From contig OZ024747.1 in assembly GCA_964016885.1 (NCBI GenBank), positions 83,080,001-83,144,000 on the forward strand: a stretch of 64,000 nt of DNA. The letters are read 5' to 3'. Shown one piece after another: positions 15,088-27,300 of the stretch. The notes under the pieces were generated by a model. That model did no database searches and was not told the origin of the DNA. It saw nothing but the letters and a program-made list of their open reading frames with translations. A program made the translations under genes and the position numbers. The stretch's first letter is position 1. Each line of letters begins with the position of its first letter. This DNA is from Eledone cirrhosa (lineage: Eukaryota).

Positions 15088-15096
15088 AATATGTAG

Positions 15097-15180
15097 GAGG
15101 TGAGTTTTATTGTAGTACAATAAAGCAATGCAGATATTGGATAAGAACTCCTTTAACCATCTTTTGATCTTATATATTAT
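15097..15180. repeat. Rearranged piece of the palindromic element
   Basis: ~15097-15147 is the reverse complement of ~14342-14392; ~15144-15180 directly repeats ~14276-14310. Confidence 0.8.
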
Positions 15181-15275
15181 ATATAAATATATATATCATC
15201 ATTTCATTTTCATTTTACGTCCGCTTTTTCCCTGCTTTATATATATATTATATATATATTTATATATATATATTC

Positions 15276-15306
<31 letters not shown>

Positions 15307-15409
15307 TATATATATATATATATATATATTTAATGAAGGAAGTGTGGTAAGGAACCAGGTGGACCATAACGCACCAGAGTACTTGATACTTTGGATAGTA
15401 GAGTGGGTA

Positions 15410-15486
15410 ATAGGAAAAGAGTCAGGACCCCGACAGCTGTCGAAACGGCCAGAGCTCAGCCGTCGGGGTCCTGACTCTTTTCCTAT
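15410..15486. repeat. 30-bp-arm hairpin at the end of a (TA)n-embedded insert
   Basis: ataggaaaagagtcaggaccccgacagctg / cagccgtcggggtcctgactcttttcctat, 1 mismatch, 17-nt loop. Confidence 0.9.
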
Positions 15487-16138
15487 ATATAAATGTGTGT
15501 GTGCGTGCGTGTATGAGTGTGTGAACGTATTTACACACTCAACATATTCATTTAATTTCTTCTACACACCATTATACAATACGCATAAAGATTAGACAGA
15601 ACAACCTACACAAAGCATAGCACAGTTGAATACACACACACACATAGAGAAATACACATGGCTACATGAACATAAAAACAAGTTTGGACTTGTCAAATAC
15701 AAACAGTCATAATGAATAATCAAATAACTGAAAAAAAAAAGAAATCAAAACTGGAAATATTTTTCTTGAAAAGGAAAGAAATTTTTTAGAAAATCTGTAA
15801 AATTATAGGATTAACACTTTTGCTACCATATTTCTAATGAAAGCACTCAGGACTGGCACCAGACTATTTAGCATCCTTGGCTACAGTATGCACTACATTT
15901 TCCTAAATGAAATAATTTCAGCTTACTTTGGTAAGCTGATAAACCTAGTTTTTGACACTTCTTGCTCTGACAACACTAAGAAAATGACTATGCCTCTATT
16001 CTCTATTACATCATCTACACCAGTTCATGTTATAGGTCATAACACTATACAACCCTCTCCACCACTTTGGGTATTTACATAACACTGCTATACAGTACAG
16101 CTGTTAAGCTATTTATTTATTGATTGCAGGAAATTATT

Positions 16139-16730
16139 CATCATCATCATCACTGTTTTACATCCATTCTTCTATGCCAGCATGGGTTAGACGGGTTGTC
16201 CTATTGTTGACAATGCTAGGTCAGGTGACCATAACTTGCTCATACAGAACTGATTTTGGCTTCATTTCTACAGCTGAATGCCCTTCCTAACACAACCTCA
16301 TTTACAGTGAGTACTGGGTGCCTTTCACTGTGGCACCTACACGACCACTTCACAGTGTGGACTGGGTGATTTTTTGTCGTGACACCTACACGACCACTTT
16401 ACAGTGGGAGAGGGTGGGGGCATACAGTCTATATGCTTTAACTTCAGCTTGTACCCGTAGGGAATTGGGTCTTCTGTATTACTGCGTAACGCCAGAGGTC
16501 TCAGTCCTGTGTCATCGCCTTCGAGAGGTGCAATTGGGCAAGATTACCTTTTATCACATTATCCCAGGTCTTCTTGGGTCTCCCCACCTCAAGGCTTCCA
16601 TCGACTTTTAGTGCTCTGCACCTTTTTATGCAGCTGTTATCCTTCATATGCATCACATGTCCATACCAACGTAACCTCCTCTCCTGCACACAGTATTTTA
16701 TTCCTCTTATGCCTAATCTCTCTCTCAATT
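16139..16730 (-). mobile_element. RTE LINE 3' fragment
   Basis: ORF 16501..16728 ERRLRWYGHVM..GRPKKTW matches the RTE C-terminus; 3' UTR and GAT tail. Confidence 0.85.
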
Positions 16731-19696
16731 CATATTATATATTTTATTTAATTTTACAATTTTGTATAAAACTGATCTATTAAAATTCAGTTATGCACTT
16801 CTTTGAGGTGTATGCCATAAGTGGCTGCCTAGTTGACCTAATGGTAGTACCAGCCCTGAAGACACTGCCTATGATTATCAAATAATTTTGGAAATGATCA
16901 AAAATTTTGCAGGATTTAGTAATATCACTAACGTTTTTATTATTAAGCTAGGTGTTTAGGACAATTTGACAAATGTTCTTACATGGAAGTTTTTTTAGAT
17001 AAATATAAATACTTTAAAACAAAGAGCTTAGTATCATATAACTAGAGTCAGTTTCAAGTGGTTTGGTATCAAAAAGGTTAAACAATTTGAATTTATTACA
17101 ATGCAGGTGAGTAAAGTGACTTTATTTCATTACTGTTACTTATTTAATGAAACCTTGAGAGATAAAGTGCAGAGTTGACCTCAGCAGTATTAAAATACAT
17201 TTTTCACTTTTATATATAATAAATTTCTTTCGCAATAACTAAAGAGTAAAAAGAGGGAGAGAAGACCCATGCATTCAATCACACACCACAACAGGGGACA
17301 CTGGAGTTTCCCTCTAATAATTTTTAAGGCAAACCAACACACTCACAGCATCGCTGCAGGTGATAGAGAGGTTAAGGTACTGGGATAACTGAGCACATTC
17401 GCAGGCATCACCTGATATGTCAATAAGGTGAGTTGCCAACAATGACAAGAACTTCAGTGTCCCAGCTCCCCAAAACATCTCAACTGTCACAGACTAAAGA
17501 AATAGTTTGTTGATAAATCTTGATATTTCAGAATTTGATTCTATGCAGCTAGATGCAGTGACCCTTCACCTTTACAACAGTATCCATAATGTGAGGAGTA
17601 AAAGAGTTGCTAACTGTGGTGTTACAAATGAAGCATCTACCTCTTACCCAGGGGTACAGAGTAAGACCATCTGGCCTCTTCTCATTAATCCTGGACAATC
17701 TAGCTGGCTCCAGAATTGAGAAGATATTAATTCAAGCCAGGTCCAGCTTGATAATTAGGTTTAGCTTGGTATAGCAAGCAAGGTGACCTGTGTAGTCAAA
17801 GGACCTACCATAATATTTCAATTCCTCACAGACATCAGTTCCAACAATGAGTGCAATGGAGATTAGGAACTGAAGTTGTTGGCAGCTATGCAACAGTCCA
17901 TTCTCCATATGTCGAATTGACAGACTCATCAAGACGTTGAATTAAATGACTTGCTCTTTGCTCTGATTCAATGCATTCTGAGTTCAAATCCTATCATGGA
18001 ACATATAAATAAGATGCTTTTCATCCTTTTGGAGAGACACCATTCGCATTAATTCTTAGAGAGCCTCGTATTTTTCAGGGGTGTTAGATTGATAGAGAGG
18101 TATATAGATAAATGAAGTTATTTATCTAAATTTTTTTTAGATTAAATAACTCCATCTATTTATCAATCTATCTAACACTCCCTAAACATATGGCTGGCCC
18201 TCAACAGAATTTGGGCAATGGATTGGCAGAATTGTTAAGAGTTGGATGAGATGTTTTGTGATATCTAATCTGACACTACGTTGATTTCAAATCTTGCCCG
18301 TTTCTACCAGGAGTTACAGCTGACAGATATTATGATAATAATAATGAAAATTATTGTGTACAGTGCTCAGGTGCACTACATCATGGTTATTAGCAATATC
18401 AGTTCAATGAAAACATAGTTTAGTTTCATTAGTCTGATCTTATGATCAATTCCTTTCCTTTCCTTTTAAAAGTATTGTTATAAGATATTATTTATGAAGG
18501 TTCACTTTCAGGAGTTAGTTAGCCTGAGCATCTAAACACTTATCAAGGGTTGCTGCCTTTCTATCGGACAGAAGAGGGAGTGTGTGATGTGCATGCCTTT
18601 CCAAAGAGTAGAACGTATAACCAAGGTTCTAATTGACCGACTAATAATTTCTTACTCTGGCACAATGGCCACACATCTATAGGGGGAGGTTTCTTACTCT
18701 GGCATAAGGCTACACATTTATAGGATGAGGAAGAGCCATTGTTAATAAAAATGACCTTATTCCAGTGATTTCTAAACTGGAAGAATTCATATTAGGAAGG
18801 AATAATGCACATTGTGTATAATAAAAAGAAATACCAATTTGAAAAGCTAGGTCGTGTTAATATGGTGCTCGAATAAAATGGGAGGAGGAATTGAGAAGAC
18901 AGGATTGTAAGGAGAGGAATATAATGTGGGTCTTTGAAAACCACTGCTATAGTGTTTAAGTGGTAATTATTTCATCCCCAATTCCTCCAGTAGGAATTAA
19001 AACATAGTCGAGTGTAGAGGAACGAAACCCAATACTATTATAAGATCATTTAAGTTCGATGCTCTACTGTATCGACGAGATATTGATCACTTACTTTTCA
19101 CTAATACGTATACATATAAGGTAAACTGAATATCGATGTAATTATAATATGAATATATCTCTAAATATTTTCAATCTAAATATCTAAAACTATTTTTGTT
19201 TCCATATTTGTATATAATATTGAACAAGTATAATATACGAAAAATATCCTTATAAGGTTGAATGGATTTCTTTTAAAGCAGAAGTAAAATTTTCGTTTTC
19301 ACTCCTTGTTATACTAAGTGATAAAATATACATACTTATATTTTGTAGAATAATTTTCTGGTCATTAATTCTTCATGTTTTTTTTCCGAAATGTTTTATT
19401 TCATTTATTTATTTATTTAATTATATATTTTGTCGAATATAATTCTGAAAATGTTTAATTATACGAAGTCAGATGTAAGGAACCAGGAAAATATATTGTG
19501 AGAGAATACCTTATCTGACACCGTCTTTTGATGTCGTTACTTTCCGATCATTTCCGTATATTCTAACCAATCTTAGTACCTTATTAAAAATTATTTGGAA
19601 TTGAAATAATTTTTTTAATATCTGTAAAATATTTAATATATATTTGAAAGTATTTAGATCCCCGTTAATTAAAAAGAATTTTGGGGTATTCCTATA

Positions 19697-19756
19697 TGAC
19701 GTCATTTTTCTAACATTTTTATATGGCCGCGCGAATGCTGAGGCCAGTCACGTGAC
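19697..19756 (+). promoter_or_regulatory. Putative housekeeping promoter / TSS region
   Basis: CRE palindrome TGACGTCA 19697-19704, YY1-like ATGGCCGC ~19723-19730, E-box GTCACGTGAC 19747-19756, local CpG enrichment after an AT-rich tract. Confidence 0.55.
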
Positions 19757-19786
19757 CCATTAGCTTTTTGTGAGCGCTCTATCCAG
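19720..19786 (+). other. Probable non-coding first exon of the UBAP2/lingerer-like gene (start approximate)
   Basis: Consensus donor CAG|GTAAGT at 19786/19787 just after the promoter motifs; the ATG-containing exon has an upstream acceptor, so an earlier exon is needed. Confidence 0.5.
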
Positions 19787-21146
19787 GTAAGTAACAATTT
19801 TCTTGCAATTTTATTGTTTTTTCAAAAAGAATAACGTTCTATAATGGACTCATGTTATAGCAGAAAGTAGGATAAATGTCTTAGGAACATTTCAAAATTA
19901 ATTTTTAACGTTTAAAGCATACATTTTAAACGATTTGGATAAAATTAAAATTCGTTCGAAATCCAGCATGGCGTCGCTTAGTGTTTGCTGAGCAGAGAAT
20001 GTACGCTTCGTTCTCAATTACAACGTACACATATATAATCTTTTTTTAACATATTTTTCACACATACGTACATATAGTGCAGCAATAGGTTTCATACACT
20101 TGTAAGAGATAAAACCAAATGCTACTTCTATTTTCTGCTTTCACTTTATTTTAATGTTTCGTATTCACTATAATAGGAAGGGGAATATAGGGAGTTGTGA
20201 CGTTCATGCCTTTTTTCCAAGGGCATTTGCGACGCAGGGGAAAATGGAAATATCTGAATAACTTCAATCTGGAACCGAAATCTGATCTATTTGATATGAT
20301 GTGCCTAAAGCTCGCCTTTGTAAATCAATATATATATATATACATATAAATATGTAATATATATTATATATATATATAATGTAATGTGTGTGTGTGTATT
20401 TAGCTTTTATTTGCCGGTTTGAAGAAGGTTGTATGTATGTAAACTAAAGGGTTTTCACGCATATTTTTACCTTTTTACACTAACCCTATTAGTATAAAAA
20501 AATTTTCTGTCTCTTTCTCATGTCGATCATATATCGATGTTTTATATATCTGTCTGTACTCAAACACCTCCTTAGCCATTACACAGCATCTTCTCCTTCT
20601 CTTTTTATTCTATATATTAAAGCTAGGTAAATTAACAAGCAAAGCAAGCAAGATAGCTTGCTAGTTAAATAGCTTTATTTAAGTGCAGTTGTATATATAT
20701 TAGCTCCATTTTTATTTTATCATTGCCAATCTGTAGGAAATTTTACATGGAGTGTATATTTTTCTCTTGTTAAATATATATTCATTTATTCACACACTCG
20801 ATCTCGCATAGGTTAATGTGAGTCTAAGGAAAAAGTCAGGGAAACTTCAATTAATGATTGATTGAATGGGGTTTTTTGTTTCGTTTGTGTTAAGATATCG
20901 AATAAAACGTGAATTTTTTTTACATATGTGTACTGGCATTATATAAATTATATTCTGATTGCGTACTCATCACAAAATATTTAATTACTTTACACATTTA
21001 TTTGTAGTGTGCAAATGGAAATTGACATCTTCCCCATGATTGTATTTCCGTACACTGTGTGCGTGTATATAAATATATATACACAGACATTGTGTGTATG
21101 TAATATATATATACACACACACACACTCACTCACTATGTATATGTG

Positions 21147-21186
<40 letters not shown>

Positions 21187-21214
21187 CACTATATATATAT
21201 ATACACACACACAC

Positions 21215-21260
<46 letters not shown>

Positions 21261-24179
21261 ACACACACACAGTCTATACGTAGGGTTAGTTGAATCTCAA
21301 GGAAAATGTCACGTAGGTTTGTGTATACAGAATCTCATATACAGGCTGAATATTGAAATTTTAAAGAAAACTGAAGCAGTGATCTTCATGCTTGTCTCAA
21401 GCCACAACTACTGAATATGTGTTATATGTCGTATACGTTTCTGTACAACATTTAACACGAAGCTTATTTTTATTTAGTATAGTAGTAGTTCCTCGTGTAA
21501 TTACTAATGGTAGTAGTGATGGACTCCCGAGTAATGTTTTTCACCTCTCCCTTACTTTTCCGATTCCTTTATTCGCTATTTCGGTGGGTTTTATTAATGT
21601 CTGTCTGCTCTGCTTTGTCTGTCTATATTTTAATGGCTGAGAGGATTTAGTTTGTGTGTGTATATAGGTGTTGTTGTTTTTTTTATTTTATTTTTTGTCT
21701 CGCTCTCATAATAAATAAATTTGTTTCAGCTTGTCACCTTCCTCATTAAAAAAAGTAGTCACTTGACAGTGAGACTGTGTATCTATTATATTAGTTAGTG
21801 TATGCGTGCATTGATTATTATTAAACAGCTATTGTTTCCACACTTCATTTTAATTAATATAACATACAATCCATTATAATCGGCTGCAATGATTATTAAT
21901 GTCGAGGTGTATGTGCACGCGAGAAAAGTTTTCAGTGTAGATAAATGTGTATTATTTCCTTATAATTTTTGTTTCTTCAATTCTATGTCGTTCAGAAGGA
22001 AAATGTGTTGTCTATATAATTTGCATTAATTCATAGAGAACCAACGAATCATCTGAATATAGCACACACTTATTTACACCCGTAATGACTTATGATAAAG
22101 AGTATATTTATTTATAAAATAGTTTAGGCTTTTATAGTCTTCATAAAGCTTATATGTGCTAGATTTTTGTGTGTACACATGACTCCACCACAGGAATTTC
22201 ATGGACCCAGATAAGGTTTTCGACGAAAATTTTTTTTCCTCATACATCGACAAACTCAGTATATTTAACATTAATTTATTGTAGGCTTAAAAAACGTGGT
22301 TTAAATTTCTTTGTTAGAAATCATTAATATTAATGGTATTGAAAATTAGAATAAGCTGCTGCATTATATGTAAGTTTTCCATTATCTAATTCAGTGTGGT
22401 AGAGTGACCAGTCTACAAAGTGCTGAGTTGGTCATTAGTTTTGTGACCTGATTTAATCGTATTTCATTTTACTAGCGGAATTATTTTTTTAACTTCTCTT
22501 ATAATATAACCCAGTCAATGTAAGTGTAGTTTCGTCTCCTAATTCTACTTGGTGTGCTTCTATTTATTATGTTTTCCCCTCAAACCATTTTGAATCTGCT
22601 ACAACTCGAAAGCAGACAAAAGGGAGAGAAGATAATTTGTATCAGTTTGTTCATGTACCCACGTATTAGCAGTGCACATAAGATGCTCATAACATATAAG
22701 ATATATTTTATGCACCCATTCATATGGAGCTAGCACGTACGTAAACACTTAAATGTCCACTTCTCAAAAACGCATGTGTACAAGTTCATACATATCATTT
22801 CTTAGCAAGAATGATATTATCCGTTGTGGGTAATAAATCTTATTTATATTTTGCCATTTAAAAAAAAACGTTCAACTGTAAAGAAAGAAAACCCTATGTA
22901 TATGTTTTTAAAATATTTTTTCTTTATTTCAAACTTCATAATTATCCTAATTTTATAGGCAGATGGCTGTAGCTAGCTACCTTCTTGAGCGAAGAGGGAC
23001 TTGCCTGTTTGTCTTTCGACAGCTAGCTAGTTAGTTCACAATGGGGGAAACTACATAGCTACCTGCCTGCCTGCGTAACTATCTGAAGTTGGGGACGGAG
23101 GTTAAGTTTCGCTACTACACATAGCTGGATGGCTAGCTTCATTTACATCCTCCTTCTTAGTTTTCTAGTAAAATATTCTTATATAAGGCGTGACAGAATC
23201 AGACTAAGAATCTAAAAGGGTGGAAGCTAGTTTGCTGAAGTTGTGACCTTTTGAAATATGATTGATTGGATGCATGAATGAAATCAGCACGTCTTCGCTT
23301 TCCTCTGCATCTTAAAATATATTTACTTTAAACTCGGTTAACTTTCGAAATGTATCACCGTTAATGATTTTTCTTTCACGTTTTCAGAACTACTGTGATT
23401 CTTAGCTCGTGATTCTTCTGACCGAATCTTTGACAGTTCTTTTCCTCTTTAAGCATTTTTCTTTGTGTGGTCGTAGCGGGTTAAGGATTTTATTTGTGTT
23501 GTTGTGTTCACATCTGATAACACAAAAGGGGCAGATTTTAATAATAATACAAAAGAAAGAAAATAGGACAATTCTCAGAAAACCAACAAAGTAGGCAATT
23601 ATTGAATGTTTTAGCAATCATATAAAATGCCAGTTACCTAAAGCACCAAATTCAATGGAAACTATTTTAACGAGAAAGATATGTGTTTATTAAATTAAAA
23701 TTAGCATGTTAAGATAAGAAGGCTATATCCAATCAAAGAGATTGATTTAAATTGAAATACGAATTTTGCTTCCTGGTAATTTTGCTTTCTTTCGATATTA
23801 TTTCGATATCTAGCCGGCAAAAATATAGTAACTGGTTTTTGTTCGACTACTGTTCTCTCATTTTGCTCTCAAGTTATTCTTTTGCTTTCTCTTAGTATCT
23901 TTCACCCATCGCTTGCTCTACAACTACTATATCAACAGATTACAGCCACCCTTCCTTTCCCCGCCGTTGTGTGTGTGTACTAGGTTCGAACCATATGGTT
24001 GTTCAGGAGTTGCTTTTAATAATAATAATAATCTCAACACCACACGGGATATCACACAAGCTGGCACGTTGGAAGGGAAGGGAGAATGATGGCGGCGCTT
24101 TTTTTTTTTTAATATCCTTTTTACCGAGGATACATACTACTTACTGCCCTCCCGCTATAAATCCACATATAATAATAAT

Positions 24180-24375
24180 AATAATTGTTTCTAGTTTTGG
24201 CACAATGCCAGCAGTTTGAAGGGACGAGGGAAAGTCCATTAAATTGACCCCAGTGCGTTACTGGTACTTCATTTTAGGAAGGATGAACAGCTGGATTTGA
24301 ACTCAGAACGTAAAGAGTTGTAACTAAATGCCTCAAAGCATTTTGTCCGACACTCTAGCGATTCTACTAATCTAC
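24180..24375 (-). mobile_element. tRNA-derived SINE copy
   Basis: Similar to 61814-61998 (ttgtttcta..ggcacaa..ctggtact..tttgaactcag). Confidence 0.65.
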
Positions 24376-27300
24376 CTCCCTATAATAATAATTGTTTCGT
24401 GTATTAGCCACAATAATAAAGCTTATTTCATATACACTATGTATTTTTCTTGTATTTAATTGCCATAGGCAGTAGTGGATTTTGCACAACAATCTAGCAA
24501 TTTAATTTGAATGAGTAAATCTGTTTTAATTTTCTCTCACAGAAAATGAAAGTTTTACATATTAGAAATCTAAATGTGTGTATCGTAGGAATAACTCCAA
24601 TATAATGTATGTAGATAAAATACATTACATTTCCTCTTTGTAATGAAGGCGTTTAGTTGTATTTGCTTGTAATTTCTGTCGCTTATTTTTAATGCAGTGA
24701 CTAGGAGAATCTATCTATACCATTGAACGAGTGTGTTTTAATTATGATTGAATAATGCGTAACCATTGATGGTTGTGCATTCGGTCTCAATATATTAACC
24801 ATAACCATTTCGTTACTAATAGAAAAAACAAACATCGTCAATGCTTTTCAAATAGTTTTTTTAATAATCAAGAATTTTGAAAGATTTGGTAATTTCACTT
24901 TGGTTACAGAACTTCATAACTTAAAATGTTGATGGAAATGTTTTAGATAAATATAATAAACACATTGAAATAAAGTTTTAGTGTTGCAGAACCAAGAAAG
25001 GTTTGATATCAAAAGGGTCAACTTTAAAAGCTGTATTATTTTAGCGGTACCCAACATTGGGTTATTGAGTTCAAACTTTCATTTTTGTTAAAAACAATAT
25101 ACACATATTTTAGAGTATAAAACTTTCTTTCGATTACTAGTATCACCGTGTAACGATCTAGGGGCTGACTATTTGTAGCAGGAAGGTGGTAGGTAGTCCG
25201 TGGGAAAATCGTTTTAAAAGGGAGTCTTTGGTAGTGAATAAGATGGGAACCACTGCTTTAGATATGTGAATGTGGCGTTGAGACTTGATTCAATATGTAA
25301 TTGATTGAATAACCATACGGATGGTGCAGAGGTTGTATATAAATTTTGTAATTTATTAAACAAGAAATAATTTCGTACACTTATCAAATTAAACATTCTG
25401 TGTTTATTTCTTGTCCAGTCGCTCCTCCATCGATCATATCTTAGATTTATTGTTTACTTTTTCGGATTCCCCAAATCTGTTGCTGTTTTATATAACATGG
25501 GCGTAGTTGTCGCCCTCAATACTACAACCATTGTTCTTTGTTTAGATAGATAGGCTTTTCATATATCCAGCTGAGTTTATTGTCTCTCCGGCTACTGATT
25601 TCCCTGATCATAATATAAGCTACTTTCTGTATTCTCTCTCTCTGCAGTTTTTTTTTTTAATTGATTTTAATCCGGCTTTCTTTTCTCTCTCGTTAGGTTT
25701 CATAATGACTACAAGAAACGGTCCCTCGGTTTTTTCTTGTGTTGCAGAGAGATACATATTAATTCTTTTAATATTAAGCTGCCCCTGGTTCTATGATACA
25801 AAGCTGCTTATTATAAAATGTTTACATTTATCTTTAAAAAAACAACAAAAACCTTTCATAATTTCATGTAGGAACCTTTGTGTTCCAAACACCGACTTAA
25901 ATAGGTGTTTGTTGTTTTTCTGCACATTTTGCCTACTACGTTCCATTTCCTTTCCTCTTTAAGTGGTTGCTTTTGATTCTTTATTCAAATATATCTCTTC
26001 TTTTTCTACTCTTCCAAACGACACTCATACCACAATGGTGATTATGCGTGTATGTATACCACGTTTGCCTCACCCCTTTTCTGTGTATATTTCTCTCAGT
26101 GCTTCATAAAGTTGAGTAATAGTGAAGAAAAGAAAAGAGGCAAGCAACTCAATTATGCGACCTCGTCTCTTGCTTTATTGATAATAGGTCAACTTTTTTG
26201 TTTATCCGATTGTGTTCTATGTTGTTACTGTTTTGATTTGATTTCATTCAGCCCTCCCAATGATCTACTATTTCTCAGCTTATAAGTCAATAAGACTGTA
26301 TTTACATATATAGTGCAAGCGCTCTGAAGTCTTGGATATTTAGCTTGAATTCTCTCATTGAGCGATCATAGAGCTACATGATCGTTATATTGTATATCAA
26401 TCTCTTTTGATATGTAATAAACAGTTACATCAGTGCAACCTTGAGTGTGTGTATGTATTAGAACAATTCTCCAATCTGTTGTGCAAACTGGCATCACAAG
26501 TACGATACCACCTTAATGCGCGAAATTGTACGCCAGCAATGAAGCTGGCGAGGTAATGGTGCACAGCTCTGCATTTTCTGTTGACTATATATATATATAT
26601 ATATATTCATAAATAACCCATTATAGTGTGTTACTATTTTTGATGGCTGTAATTATTACCTATCGTTTTCCAGCTATTTGTTCAATTCGTTAGATTTACC
26701 CCTCCCCCCTTTTTTTTCTTTTTTTTGTATCCTAAACATGAAATTCCACAACGAAAATCGATTGTGTCCGTTGTTTTCCAGTCTACAGGGGAATACGTAA
26801 ATTGAACATGTTTACATGTCTATATACTCAATGTGTGTGTGTGTGTATATATATATACACACATTTTACAATTGTGTTTGTACAGTGCATATATCTTAAA
26901 ATAAGATCCATATATGGGTCGAAAATTAGATTGAAGGTGTTATTTTCTTTGTTGTTTTTTTTTTTATCTATAGGGAAATACGTAAACTTGATGTATTACA
27001 TGTCATATATATATATATATATATATTGACGTAGTTTTTGTTTATGCTGTGTGCAGTAGTATTTGTACAGTATGTATAATGCCTGATTTTTAAATCATTT
27101 CGAGTGCTAAAATATTGACGTTAGAAAAAGAAACAAAAAAAAAAAACCCCTGAAAAACAGCTGGACTATTAATCAGTTTATTTCCATAAAACTTCATTTC
27201 AAAATAATATTACTTCAAAAAATTCTATGGTTTATTTGAACAAATAGGTCTCCAAAATGTAGTGTCTAGTTGTTGTTTTTTTTAATTATTATTATTAACA

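Noticed and set aside
17250-17935. Coding-like stretch, possible exons of a divergent gene
   Set aside because: No consistent frame; faint RT-like remnants suggest a decayed LINE, too weak to classify
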